Shown: positions 9,257-18,694 of the stretch, in pieces | Layout of the letters: each line of letters begins with the position of its first letter | Numbering within the stretch: position 1 is the stretch's first letter | Assembly (NCBI GenBank): GCA_018607135.1 | Contig: JABBCA010000091.1 | Coordinates: 26,798-90,797 of the forward strand | DNA length: 64,000 bases | Source of the DNA: Opitutales bacterium | GTDB taxonomy: Bacteria > Verrucomicrobiota > Verrucomicrobiia > Opitutales > Coraliomargaritaceae | Reading direction: 5' to 3' | Program-made: the position numbers and the translations under genes | Notes under the pieces: generated by a model | What the model was told of the DNA's origin: nothing | Databases searched by the model: none | The model's input: only the letters and a program-made list of their open reading frames with translations

Positions 9257-9391
9257 TTTTCGGGTGCGTTTTAACGCGTCTTTTTTGCGTGGTTAAAATG
9301 CTGATAACTCTTGCAATGGGTAACATCACGCCTATCAAGTGCGAGTTCTCAGTAATTTCATCTCAACTGAAAAATTAAATACATATATAAT

Positions 9392-10417
9392 ATGGCTACA
9401 AAAATTGGTATTAACGGATTCGGCCGCATCGGTCGCTTGGTATTTCGCTCCCTCGTCGAAAAGGGTCTTCTCGGCAGCGAGATCGAAGTGGTTGCAATCA
9501 ACGACCTCGTTCCTGCAGAAAACCTCGCTTACTTGCTTAAGTATGACACTACACAAGGCCGCTTTAAGGGCACTGTAGAAACTAAGGGTGACGACGTGAT
9601 CGTCGTGAACGGTCACGAAATCAAGACACTCGCAGTTCGCGAAGGTCCTGCAGCCCTTCCTTGGAAGGAGCTTGGCGTGGACATCGTAATCGAGTCCACA
9701 GGTCTTTTCGTTCAAGACGAAAAAGCACAAGGCCACATCGAGGCAGGTGCTAAGAAGGTTATCATTTCCGCTCCTGGTAAGGGGGACGGTGTGAAAACAG
9801 TTGTTATTGGAGTGAATGACGACCAACTCACCGCTGAAGACACATTGATCTCCAATGCATCGTGCACAACAAACTGCTTGGCTCCGATCACTAAGGTGAT
9901 TCTTGAGAACTACGGCATCGAAGAAGGTCTCATGACAACAGTGCACTCTTACACCGCGACTCAAAAGACAGTTGATGGTCCTTCTCCTAAGGACATGAAG
10001 GGTGGCCGCACAGCTGCGCTCAACATCATCCCATCGACTACTGGTGCTGCAAAGGCTGTTGGCCTCGTGCTTCCAGAAGTTCAAGGTAAGCTCACTGGTA
10101 TGGCTTTTCGCGTTCCAACTCCAACTGTTTCTGCTGTAGACCTTACCGTGAAGACCGTGAAGAGCACTTCTTACGAAGACATTTGCGCTAAGATGAAGGA
10201 AGCTTCTGAAGGTTCTCTTAAGGGTATCCTCGGATACACTGAAGACGAAGTTTGCTCGTCTGACTTCATCCACGACGAGCTCAGCTCGATCTTCGATGCA
10301 GGCAGCGGTATGGGACTTAACGATAAGTTCTTCAAGCTCGTTTCTTGGTATGACAACGAATGGGGTTACTCAAACCGCGTTGTTGAGCTCGTTCAAAAAG
10401 TTTCCAAGTTCCTATAA
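9392..10417 (+). CDS. gap: Glyceraldehyde-3-phosphate dehydrogenase, type I
   Basis: 341 aa with INGFGRIGR (NAD binding) and the SNASCTTN catalytic Cys motif. Confidence 0.97.
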   Translation: MATKIGINGFGRIGRLVFRSLVEKGLLGSEIEVVAINDLVPAENLAYLLKYDTTQGRFKGTVETKGDDVIVVNGHEIKTLAVREGPAALPWKELGVDIVIESTGLFVQDEKAQGHIEAGAKKVIISAPGKGDGVKTVVIGVNDDQLTAEDTLISNASCTTNCLAPITKVILENYGIEEGLMTTVHSYTATQKTVDGPSPKDMKGGRTAALNIIPSTTGAAKAVGLVLPEVQGKLTGMAFRVPTPTVSAVDLTVKTVKSTSYEDICAKMKEASEGSLKGILGYTEDEVCSSDFIHDELSSIFDAGSGMGLNDKFFKLVSWYDNEWGYSNRVVELVQKVSKFL

Positions 10418-10448
10418 TTGAACTCGGCAACTATTGATTGATTTTCTG

Positions 10449-10498
10449 GCCGCCGCGGCAGGTATCCCATCCGGATTCTTGATCGCGGCGGTTTTTTC
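10449..10498 (+). terminator. Intrinsic terminator or attenuator after gap
   Basis: Stem CCGCCGCG/CGCGGCGG with a 26-nt loop, followed by TTTTTT. Confidence 0.6.
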
Positions 10499-10570
10499 TT
10501 TTCTAATCCGATGCTAGGCGTGGTGTGCGAGCTTGTTCGTCGCCCGATACCGTAAAGAGCGTCGGCTAGC

Positions 10571-10584
10571 CTGAGCTAGCTCAG
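10571..10584. promoter_or_regulatory. Perfect 14-bp palindrome CTGAGCTAGCTCAG upstream of pgk (candidate operator)
   Basis: Read directly and checked as self-complementary. It lies 29 nt upstream of the pgk ATG. Confidence 0.3.
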
Positions 10585-10612
10585 ACACTACTAATTTATA
10601 AGTTTAAAAACT

Positions 10613-11806
10613 ATGGCTACAAAAACCATCAAAGACGTAAACCTCGCAGGTAAACGCGTATTCGTGCGCTGCGATTTCAATGTGCCACTTAAAGACGGCG
10701 TGATCAACGACGACTCTCGTATTGTTGCGGCGTTGCCCACGATCCAGCTGCTTGTTTCTCAAGGTGCTAAAGTCATCCTAGCATCGCACCTCGGTCGTCC
10801 TAAGGGCGAAAAGAACGCAGCATTCACACTCGCACCCGTTGCGGAAGAACTTGCGAAGCAACTCGGCCAACCAGTAACTTTCCTTGAGGATTGCATCGGC
10901 GACGAAGTCGAAGCTGAAGTTGCGAAGATGGGGGATGGCGACGTAGTGCTTCTTGAAAACGTTCGTTTCTACGCAGGTGAAACCGACAACGATCCAGAGT
11001 TCGCCGCATCTCTTGCAAAGCTTGCAGATGCCTTTGTCAATGATGCCTTTGGCACTGCACACCGCGCACATGCTTCAACTGCGGGTGTTGCGAAACATCT
11101 TTCACCTTGTGTTTGCGGTCTTCTCATCGAGAAGGAGCTTGCTTACCTCGGCGACAAAACTGCCAACCCAGAGCGTCCACTCACAGTGATCCTTGGTGGT
11201 GCCAAGGTATCTGATAAGATCAAAGTGATCGACGCACTTCTTGAAAAGGCAGACACCATCATCATCGGTGGCGCGATGGCTTACACATTTGCATTGGCGG
11301 AAGGTCGTAAAGTGGGAGAGTCGCTCAGCGAGCCAGATTTCATTGAAACTGCAAAATCTGCACTAGCCAAGGCGAAGGAAAAGGGTGTTAAGTTCTTGCT
11401 TCCTGTTGATAACCTCGGAGTGAAAGACCTCGACTTTGGTGCGGGCACTATCGGCGACAGCAAGTTCTTTGAAGGTAATATCGAAGATGGTTGGGAGGGC
11501 GTTGACATCGGTCCCAAGAGTATCGAGCTCTTCAGCAATGAAGTGAAGAATGCGAAGACCGTTCTTTGGAATGGTCCTATGGGTATCTTCGAAATCGACT
11601 CCTGCAACAAAGGCACATTTGCAGTTGCTAAGACCATAGCAGAATCGGACGCTTGCTCTATCATTGGCGGTGGCGATTCTGTGAAGGCGATCAAAATGGC
11701 TGGCTACGGTGACCAAGTGACCTTCATGAGCACTGGTGGTGGCGCTTCCCTCGAATTCCTCGAAGGGAAAGAGCTCCCAGGTGTGACCGCACTCGACCAA
11801 GCTTAA
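10613..11806 (+). CDS. pgk: Phosphoglycerate kinase
   Basis: 397 aa with RCDFNVP, a conserved N-terminal domain and the C-terminal [12 protein letters not shown]. Confidence 0.97.
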   Translation: MATKTIKDVNLAGKRVFVRCDFNVPLKDGVINDDSRIVAALPTIQLLVSQGAKVILASHLGRPKGEKNAAFTLAPVAEELAKQLGQPVTFLEDCIGDEVEAEVAKMGDGDVVLLENVRFYAGETDNDPEFAASLAKLADAFVNDAFGTAHRAHASTAGVAKHLSPCVCGLLIEKELAYLGDKTANPERPLTVILGGAKVSDKIKVIDALLEKADTIIIGGAMAYTFALAEGRKVGESLSEPDFIETAKSALAKAKEKGVKFLLPVDNLGVKDLDFGAGTIGDSKFFEGNIEDGWEGVDIGPKSIELFSNEVKNAKTVLWNGPMGIFEIDSCNKGTFAVAKTIAESDACSIIGGGDSVKAIKMAGYGDQVTFMSTGGGASLEFLEGKELPGVTALDQA

Positions 11807-11841
11807 ATCGATCAAACATCATTCATTAATCATCAATCATT
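11807..11841. repeat. Five degenerate heptamers (ATCGATC AAACATC ATTCATT AATCATC AATCATT) filling the pgk-tpiA spacer
   Basis: Read directly. Period 7 with a conserved CAT(C/T) core. Confidence 0.8.
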
Positions 11842-11851
11842 TAAAAACACT

Positions 11852-12631
11852 ATGAGTAAATCAGCACGTAAATACCTCATCGCAGGTAACTGGAAAATGA
11901 ATCTGAACTCAGCCGAAGGTGCTGAGCTCGCAAAAGACGTGGTCAGCCAAGTGGGCCCACAAACAGATGTCGCCGTCTGTGTGTGCCCAACGTTCACTAC
12001 ATTGGAGTCCGTCTCTAAAGTCGTGAACGAGTCCAACGTTCAACTCGGTGCACAAAACATGCACTTCGAAGCTTCGGGTGCTTACACTGGAGAAATCTCA
12101 GCTGAGATGCTTCGCCACTTGTTTTGCAACTTTGTGATCCTAGGCCACTCGGAGCGCCGCGAATACTTCGGCGAAACCGACGCAATCGTCAACAAGAAGA
12201 CACTCGCGGCTCTTGCTGCAAACTTGAAGCCAATCGTTTGCATCGGTGAAACACTCGACGAGCGTGAAGCGGGTAAGGTCAACGAAGTCATTAAGACACA
12301 ACTCGAAGGCGCACTGGTGGGCGTGACAGCTGCCTCTGCAGACGCATTGGTGATTGCATACGAGCCAGTCTGGGCGATCGGCACAGGTAAGACTGCAACA
12401 CCAGAAATGGCAGAAGAAGTGCACGCGGAAATCCGCTGTCTCCTTGCGGGTCTTATTGGTGAAGAAGCCGCTGAGAAGGTGCGCATCCTCTACGGAGGTT
12501 CCATGAAGCCAGAAAATGCAGACGACTTGCTTGCACAGCCAAATATCGACGGTGGTCTCATCGGCGGTGCTGCGCTCAAGGCGAACTCCTTTGCTGCATT
12601 GGTAGAAAGCGCTCAGAAGCTTTCCAAGTAA
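11852..12631 (+). CDS. tpiA: Triose-phosphate isomerase
   Basis: 259 aa with AGNWKMN, GHSERR and AYEPVWAIGTG. Confidence 0.97.
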   Translation: MSKSARKYLIAGNWKMNLNSAEGAELAKDVVSQVGPQTDVAVCVCPTFTTLESVSKVVNESNVQLGAQNMHFEASGAYTGEISAEMLRHLFCNFVILGHSERREYFGETDAIVNKKTLAALAANLKPIVCIGETLDEREAGKVNEVIKTQLEGALVGVTAASADALVIAYEPVWAIGTGKTATPEMAEEVHAEIRCLLAGLIGEEAAEKVRILYGGSMKPENADDLLAQPNIDGGLIGGAALKANSFAALVESAQKLSK

Positions 12632-12657
12632 GTTCGATAACGAATTTCGATTTCATT

Positions 12658-12700
12658 CAAAGCTGGAGCGCCACTATAGGTGGTGCTCCAGCTTTTTTTG
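12658..12700 (+). terminator. Intrinsic terminator after tpiA
   Basis: 14-bp stem AGCTGGAGCGCCAC/GTGGTGCTCCAGCT (one G-U pair), TATAG loop, then TTTTTTT. Confidence 0.85.
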
Positions 12701-13086
12701 TGCTTTTCAGCTTGTAAAAGGTGTGGTCGGGTAACGCCACTTCGACAGGCTCAGGATCTCTGGCGGGCACGTCTCGAATGGCACTACCTTTAGCGAATTT
12801 CTAGTGATCGTGAGTCAGCGTGATCTTCTCGAATCGTCGTTTTTTTGTTAGGGCTTAAAAGAGTAAGGACATCACTGTCCTTGTCTTGCCTCGTTTTACT
12901 CAACCCGACGGATAAGAATGTCGGTCTTCCTCATGAGTAGCGCCATTCGAGACCAGGTCTCCCAGAACCGTCGAACTGCAAATTAGAGCGTAACTAGGAA
13001 CTCGCCTTGGCCAGCTTCCACTACACAACTGAGCATAAGATACGTTTGCAGATGAAGTATGCGTTTCATTTATGCGAACTTTCAGT

Positions 13087-14298
13087 TTATTGTTGGGTGT
13101 TCTGCTCATTTTTTCCGATGACGCCGATGAAGAAATAAACCAGAGGGATGAGCACGCTTGCTGCCAGCACCCACCAAAACAGTGCCCAGTTTTGCTCCCC
13201 GCCATTAACCCATCGTTCATATAGCCAATCACAGAGGAAGGCTCCGAGGATACCTGCGAAACTGAAGGTGAGTAAGTGGAAAAGTGCTTGGGCTTGTCCG
13301 CGCATCGTGCCAGGCACTCGCTTATCGAGAAAAAGGCGCCCTGTGACCATCGTAAAAGCATAGATCGGTCCGTGCAATGCAATGCCCAGCCAGATCAGTG
13401 TAAGCATGCTCATTTCGCCTGCCATTGCGAACAATGCAAAGCGCAGAAGTCCTAGTATGAATCCAACAATGAGAAACCAGCGAATACGAAAGCGTCCAGC
13501 CACTATACTAAGAAAGATCATGACGAAAATTTCGACACCTTGGCCAATCGTCATTTGAGCGGCAGGGTATTGGCTACCGAACTGTTTGAGCATCATCGGC
13601 GTGATCATAAAGAAAGACATGCAAGGAATCGCAAACAGGGCCGACGCGATATAAAAGACCCGCAATTCGCGGTCTTTGAGGAGCTTGAACGCAGTGAGTC
13701 CAAGCGTAGCTTTCCAACCTCGGCTCTCGAAGTCATTAGGTGGTGTGAGTGGCATGAGCAGGCAAAATCCGCTCATCGCGAGACGTATCAACGCGGCCAG
13801 TTGCCCCGTCTCGGCTGAAGCGTCCAGACCAAGTGTGCTGACCAATAAGCCGCCACAGATCCAGCCAATCGTGCCAAACATCGTGTAGATCGGAAAGCTT
13901 TTTGCCGCGTTGGGCAGGTTCACGAGTTTGACCTTGGTCATTAGGGCAAACATGGGTCCCGTGATTAAGGCATTGATGCTCTGGAAAAACAGATACCAGC
14001 CTGGGTGCCAGCCCCATTTAAGGGATGAGAATGCGAGCCAGAGCGCAAAGGCCCCCGTAAAGCCCAGCACCGCTAGCAGCTTTTCAGCATTGAGCTTCCG
14101 ATCTGAGAGTGAGCCAAAAAGTAGGCCTGAGAAAATCGCGAAAAATGGAGCCAGTGCCGAAGCATAGGGAAGAATCCATAGGGCGCCATAGGTATCAAGA
14201 ATGTTCGGTAGCGACGACACCCACATCCCCGGCGGCATGAACATGAGCAGCATGACGACTGCCATCATGTAGCGCCTGTTTTGTAGGGAGAGTCTCAT
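13087..14298 (-). CDS. MFS transporter, nucleoside:H+ symporter-like
   Basis: 403 aa with about 12 predicted TM segments. Family resemblance is judged from memory. Confidence 0.7.
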   Translation of the reverse strand: MRLSLQNRRYMMAVVMLLMFMPPGMWVSSLPNILDTYGALWILPYASALAPFFAIFSGLLFGSLSDRKLNAEKLLAVLGFTGAFALWLAFSSLKWGWHPGWYLFFQSINALITGPMFALMTKVKLVNLPNAAKSFPIYTMFGTIGWICGGLLVSTLGLDASAETGQLAALIRLAMSGFCLLMPLTPPNDFESRGWKATLGLTAFKLLKDRELRVFYIASALFAIPCMSFFMITPMMLKQFGSQYPAAQMTIGQGVEIFVMIFLSIVAGRFRIRWFLIVGFILGLLRFALFAMAGEMSMLTLIWLGIALHGPIYAFTMVTGRLFLDKRVPGTMRGQAQALFHLLTFSFAGILGAFLCDWLYERWVNGGEQNWALFWWVLAASVLIPLVYFFIGVIGKNEQNTQQ

Positions 14299-14609
14299 TG
14301 ATGGCAGGTCTAAGTCCTATCTGCCGGATAGCAATCTGTGAAATCATAGGCGCTCACTATTATGGAGTCCTCTTCGCCGTGTTTCCGGACTCGTTTGTGA
14401 GCAATCAGAAGTTGCTCGAATAGTATCACAAATAAAGGGTTGAAATGCGAAACACTGTCCTTAAAGGTTGAGGGTCTTGTATGGTCAACCAATCGAAACC
14501 AAATATGGTATAAAGCGACAAATTAAAGCAGGCAGCACGACGCAGCCCACGCTTTGTCCTAGGTTTTCGACTGAAATCCGTAGCAAGACGTTTATCTCCT
14601 CAATAATTA

Positions 14610-15266
14610 ATGGCAAAATACCCGAATAATCGCGGCAACTATCACAACCGTAATCGTGGACCTAAAGGTCTCAGAAGAAACGATCGCATTCGCGCGGCAG
14701 AAGTCCGCGTGATTGGCCCAGAAGGCACTAACTTAGGTGTCATGCCTCCCAAGAAGGCGTTGGAACTGGCCCAGAAGGTCGGACTCGATCTGATCGAAGT
14801 TTCACCAGCTGCACGACCACCCGTCTGTCGTATTCTCGACTTCGGGAAATTCCTATATGAGGAGAGTAAAAAGCAAAAAGAGACGAAGCAAACCAGCACA
14901 AAGCTGAAAGAGGTGAAGTTTCGCGTTTCGATTGATCAGCATGACTTTGAAACGAAGCTCCGCCGTGCGGAGAATTTCCTACACCACGGTAACAAGGTGA
15001 AACTTACGCTACAGTTTCGCGGACGTGAAAACGAGCACCGTGAGCTGGGCTTCAATCGTGTGAATTTAGCCAAGGACGAGCTCGCAGGCGTATCGACTGC
15101 GGACTCTCCACCGAAGTTGGTCGGCCGTCAAGTGACTGCGATTTTATCGCCACTACCAGAAGCGAAGCGTAAGTTGAAATTTAATCGCCCTGAAGATGTG
15201 GTTCATGAGAGCGTAGAGCACGACGAAGACGACGATTTCGACAACGACGACGAAAAGGAATCTTAA
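14610..15266 (+). CDS. infC: Translation initiation factor IF-3 (with an acidic C-terminal tail)
   Basis: 218 aa. [19 protein letters not shown]...LDLIEV...[12 protein letters not shown] matches the IF-3 N-domain and linker. The C-terminus is [14 protein letters not shown]. Confidence 0.93.
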   Translation: MAKYPNNRGNYHNRNRGPKGLRRNDRIRAAEVRVIGPEGTNLGVMPPKKALELAQKVGLDLIEVSPAARPPVCRILDFGKFLYEESKKQKETKQTSTKLKEVKFRVSIDQHDFETKLRRAENFLHHGNKVKLTLQFRGRENEHRELGFNRVNLAKDELAGVSTADSPPKLVGRQVTAILSPLPEAKRKLKFNRPEDVVHESVEHDEDDDFDNDDEKES

Positions 15267-15272
15267 TTCAAA

Positions 15273-16289
15273 ATGCGGGTCGGAGCCCATCAGTTGTGTG
15301 CTTCGCGACTCGTCATTCACTTGAGTTTACTGCGTTGGTTGCTTGCACTCTCACTGTGTGGATTCGTCCACACGAGCGCACAAGCAAAGACGCAAGACTA
15401 TGTGGACTTAAATGTGGTCGCCAAGCGGCTCGGGATGAAGAGTTACTGGTTGGCTGGATACAAAACGTATCGGCTGAAAAGCCAATGGACAGTGATCGAT
15501 GCAGCAAAGAACTCCAAGTGCATCAAGATCAACCATGTTCCAGTCTATCTGGGGTTCCCTGCTCGTGAATGGCAGGGGAGCTTGTTGATTACGAAAGCGG
15601 ACTATGATCACGTGATACTGCCCATACTCGTGCCACAAGTGTATGGCAGAGGGCCAGACTTGAAACGTATTGTGATCGATGCAGGACATGGTGGACGCGA
15701 CAGTGGCGCGCGTAATGACGCCTACGGGCTGAGAGAAAAAGAGCTGACTCTCGATGTGTCGCTCAGGCTCAAGGCGCTGTTGGAGCGTTCGGGCTTCGAG
15801 GTGGTAATGACGCGCGAGAGCGATGTGTATATCCCGTTACAGCAGCGCCCTCAGATTGCAAATCGCAAGGGCGGAGACCTTTTTCTAAGTCTGCATTTCA
15901 ATGCAGCGGGCTCTGCCACGGCCGCTGGTTTTGAGTCCTTCGCATTAACGCCTCAATTTCAAGCATCGTCGAAATTTGCTAGGCCCAGCGGGGCTGACAA
16001 TACTGCCTACAAGGGCAACCGCTTAGATCCATGGAACACCTTGGTGAGTTTTCATATCCAGAATTCATTGGTGAAAGGCTTGGGTGGCCCAGACCGTGGT
16101 TTGAAACGGGCGCGTTTCCTAGTTTTGAAACACTTAGACTGCCCTGGTGTCCTCGTCGAACTCGGTTTTGTTTCTCACCCCGCAACCGCTCAAAAGCTTC
16201 GCACCGCGGCCTTTCGGCAAACACTTGCGCAAAGTCTTTATGAGGGCATTGTCGCATACGGAAAACGACTTCAGCGTATTCAAAAATGA
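15273..16289 (+). CDS. N-acetylmuramoyl-L-alanine amidase (Amidase_3 type), secreted
   Basis: 338 aa with a signal peptide and VIDAGHGGRDSGA...DLFLSLHFNA. Confidence 0.85.
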   Translation: MRVGAHQLCASRLVIHLSLLRWLLALSLCGFVHTSAQAKTQDYVDLNVVAKRLGMKSYWLAGYKTYRLKSQWTVIDAAKNSKCIKINHVPVYLGFPAREWQGSLLITKADYDHVILPILVPQVYGRGPDLKRIVIDAGHGGRDSGARNDAYGLREKELTLDVSLRLKALLERSGFEVVMTRESDVYIPLQQRPQIANRKGGDLFLSLHFNAAGSATAAGFESFALTPQFQASSKFARPSGADNTAYKGNRLDPWNTLVSFHIQNSLVKGLGGPDRGLKRARFLVLKHLDCPGVLVELGFVSHPATAQKLRTAAFRQTLAQSLYEGIVAYGKRLQRIQK

Positions 16290-17950
16290 TCTATTCACTT
16301 AATTTATCCGCCTTCTTTTGCATCACACTATATGTGTTCTTCTCTGCAGTTTTGAATGCTGCTAGGGATGAAGCTGAGCGAGTGGTCATCGTGGTGAATG
16401 AGAACTTCCTTGATTCAGTTGAGATCGGCGAGTATTACGCCAGCAAGCGTGGCATTCCGAAGTCTAATATCATTCGTCTCAAAACCAGTAACGAAGAGAC
16501 GATTACGATTCAGGAGTATACGGATACGATTTATAATCCTCTGCTTGAGCGATTGCAGGATCAAAAGAAGGTCAAAGGGGTGCAAGGCACGCATGCCGAT
16601 CGTTATGGGCGAAAAAGCATGTCGGTCGCGGTGAACTCGATTAGTTACCTCGTCACCATCCGAGGGGTGCCGCTGCGAATTTCAAATGACCCCACCTTAT
16701 TGGAAGCGGATCTCGGTAATCTGCCTCCGCAGTTTCAGGTGAATCAAGCCTCTGTGGATAGTGAATTGGCCTTGCTACTCGCACCCTACACCACGTCCAT
16801 GACGGCATTGGTTCCTAATCCTGTGTTTCAGCGTAAGTATCCACTCTCCACTGATTTCAGTCGCATACTACGAGTCTCGCGACTGGATGGGCCAGACACG
16901 ATTTCAGTTAAGAAACTGGTCGATCGCACCCTGCAAGCTGAGGTGGAGGGGTTGATGGGGCGCGCCTATTTCGATATAGGTGGTCCGCACACGACAGGCG
17001 ATGAGTGGATGAGTGCGGCCGGTGAGTTGGCTGAATCAGCATATTTTGATACCGACTTTGAAACCACCAAAAAGCGGATTGATTGGGGCACTCGCTACGA
17101 AGCGCCAGCTATCTATATGGGCTGGTATCGCCAAGATGCCTATGGTCCATGGAGCGCACCCCGCTGGTCGGTGCCACCGGGGGCGATTGGATTTCACCTG
17201 CATAGTTTTTCCGCGACCTCGCTGCGTGATTTGAACAAAGGCTGGCTTGCGGCATTCGTGAAGCAGGGCTATTGCGCGACCATGGGCAATGTTTACGAGC
17301 CCTATTTAGACTATACCCATCGCCCACAGCTCTTGTTGGAGCATTTGCTGGAGGGGAAGACCTTTGGCGAAGCCTTGATGTATAGTTACCCTGCGCTTAG
17401 TTGGATGGGCATCGCAATTGGGGATCCCTTGTATCAACCCTTTAAGCATGGTTTGAAGCAACAATTACAAGCTAAGCAAGCAGGGCCCTTTAGCACCTAC
17501 GCCACAATTAGAGAGATCAATCGACTCAGAGCCGAGGTCGATGATTCGGCAGCAATCGCCTATGCGCGTGCGGTCTATGTCGAAGCGCCGACTCTCGCAC
17601 TCGCATACAAACTTTCTAAGTTGTATGAAGCCAACCATCAGAAAAAGGAGTCCGTCGAGGCGCTAAAGATCATTCGCTACATCACCGTCTTTGAGAATGA
17701 CGAACAAATACTGGTGAAGCAAATCGCTGATCAACTTCACAAAATGGGGGAGTCGGCCTTGGCGCTGGAGGTCTATGAGCGACTCATTGCTCAGCGCAAT
17801 TTGAATAAAGTGCTGCGTATCGCATTGCTCGAGGGTGGGGCGCCCGTTGCGGCTGCCATGGGTAAGCCCGTGCAGTCGTCTCGCTGGAACCTCGAAGCAC
17901 GACAATTGAAGGCGCCACCGCAGCCGAAGAAGCCAACTGCAAAAAAGTAA
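16286..17950 (+). CDS. TIGR03790-like conserved protein with a helical (TPR-like) C-terminal region
   Basis: 554 aa. The N-terminal VVIVVNENFLDSVEIGEYYASKRGIP resembles the TIGR03790 family from memory. ATGA overlap with the amidase stop. Confidence 0.6.
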   Translation: MIYSLNLSAFFCITLYVFFSAVLNAARDEAERVVIVVNENFLDSVEIGEYYASKRGIPKSNIIRLKTSNEETITIQEYTDTIYNPLLERLQDQKKVKGVQGTHADRYGRKSMSVAVNSISYLVTIRGVPLRISNDPTLLEADLGNLPPQFQVNQASVDSELALLLAPYTTSMTALVPNPVFQRKYPLSTDFSRILRVSRLDGPDTISVKKLVDRTLQAEVEGLMGRAYFDIGGPHTTGDEWMSAAGELAESAYFDTDFETTKKRIDWGTRYEAPAIYMGWYRQDAYGPWSAPRWSVPPGAIGFHLHSFSATSLRDLNKGWLAAFVKQGYCATMGNVYEPYLDYTHRPQLLLEHLLEGKTFGEALMYSYPALSWMGIAIGDPLYQPFKHGLKQQLQAKQAGPFSTYATIREINRLRAEVDDSAAIAYARAVYVEAPTLALAYKLSKLYEANHQKKESVEALKIIRYITVFENDEQILVKQIADQLHKMGESALALEVYERLIAQRNLNKVLRIALLEGGAPVAAAMGKPVQSSRWNLEARQLKAPPQPKKPTAKK

Positions 17951-17965
17951 ACGTTTATTTAATAG

Positions 17966-17982
17966 GTTCTTGACTCAAGAAC
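17966..17982. promoter_or_regulatory. Inverted repeat GTTCTTGA-c-TCAAGAAC upstream of cysC, overlapping a TTGACT hexamer (candidate operator)
   Basis: Read directly: 8-bp arms around a single central base, 63 nt upstream of the cysC ATG. Confidence 0.3.
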
Positions 17983-18044
17983 TAAAGATAAGCAGAAATC
18001 GGTTTACATTCATCTTATAACCGCTTTCATCGCGGCTGCTTCAA

Positions 18045-18662
18045 ATGTCCACTCCAGAGAATATACACACCGAATTTCACCGCATGCTTGGCCGCGAGGC
18101 TAAGGAGGCGCAGTTGCGCCAACGCGGTCATGTGTTCTGGTTTTATGGGCTGTCTGGTTCGGGGAAAAGCACACTGGCCAACGCACTCGAGCGTAAATTG
18201 GTCGAATTGGGCTACGTGACTAAGATTCTCGATGGGGATAACATCCGTAGCGGTTTGAATGCCGACCTTGGGTTTTCCGATGAAGACCGTGTGGAGAACA
18301 TTCGCCGTATTTCCGAGGTCGCGCGCCTCTTTTTAGATATGGGAGTGGTGGTCTTTACCTCATTCATTACACCCAATCGTGATCTCAGAGCCTCTGCCCG
18401 CCAAATCGTCGGCGAGGACGCGATCACTCCGGTGTATGTGAGTGCATCCTTCGAAACCTGTGCTGAACGCGATGTGAAAGGCCTCTACGCCAAAGCCGCA
18501 GCGGGCGGCGTGAAAAATTTTACCGGCAAGGATTCTTCTTTTGAAGCCCCCGCGGATTGCGACCCAGACTGGGTGATTTCTACTGACGACAAGTCTGAAG
18601 ACGAGTCACTCAACGAACTCCTCGAAAAAGTCCTTCCACTCATTAAACAGTCAGACGCTTAA
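18045..18662 (+). CDS. cysC: Adenylyl-sulfate (APS) kinase
   Basis: 205 aa with P-loop GLSGSGKST, followed by LDGDNIR. Confidence 0.93.
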   Translation: MSTPENIHTEFHRMLGREAKEAQLRQRGHVFWFYGLSGSGKSTLANALERKLVELGYVTKILDGDNIRSGLNADLGFSDEDRVENIRRISEVARLFLDMGVVVFTSFITPNRDLRASARQIVGEDAITPVYVSASFETCAERDVKGLYAKAAAGGVKNFTGKDSSFEAPADCDPDWVISTDDKSEDESLNELLEKVLPLIKQSDA

Positions 18663-18694
18663 TTTTTACCTCCTTTCTACTAATTTCTTTAAGT

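Noticed and set aside
9335-10273. A 312-aa minus-strand ORF antisense to gap. Similar long shadow ORFs include 25822-26559 and 25998-26342 within cca, 35744-36151 within the NYN gene, 37682-38146 within the BI-1 gene, 12900-13382 overlapping the MFS gene, and 36452-36931 within the DUF2851 gene.
   Set aside because: Each lies fully or largely inside a confidently identified gene on the other strand or in another frame. Their compositions are odd (Cys/Arg/Ser-rich) and they match no recognisable family. They are typical shadow ORFs.
12716-12790. Searches of the long spacers for SRP RNA, tmRNA, RNase P, 6S RNA or a riboswitch. The spacers examined were 12701-13086, 14299-14609, 37351-37667, 39036-39359 and 40311-40770.
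   Set aside because: I could not find the conserved cores I know (GGAA-loop SRP domain IV, GAGGAAAGTCC of RNase P, the tRNA-like tmRNA end, purine/preQ1/ZTP cores). Absence by eye is not proof, and an Rfam scan is needed.
14310-14492. A 60-aa minus-strand ORF in the MFS/infC divergent spacer. Other isolated 60-90-aa track ORFs lie in spacers (for example 23711-23905, 24328-24576, 40132-40512, 50018-50373, 53649-53894).
   Set aside because: They have no family resemblance or supporting context, and several overlap the pseudogene fragments or repeats described above. They are most likely non-coding.
14610-14612. The unusual infC start codon (AUU/AUA) expected from the IF-3 autoregulation paradigm.
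   Set aside because: The frame begins with a normal ATG. It gives an N-terminus of plausible length before the conserved [10 protein letters not shown], and no in-frame upstream AUU alternative is needed. Nothing anomalous can be supported.
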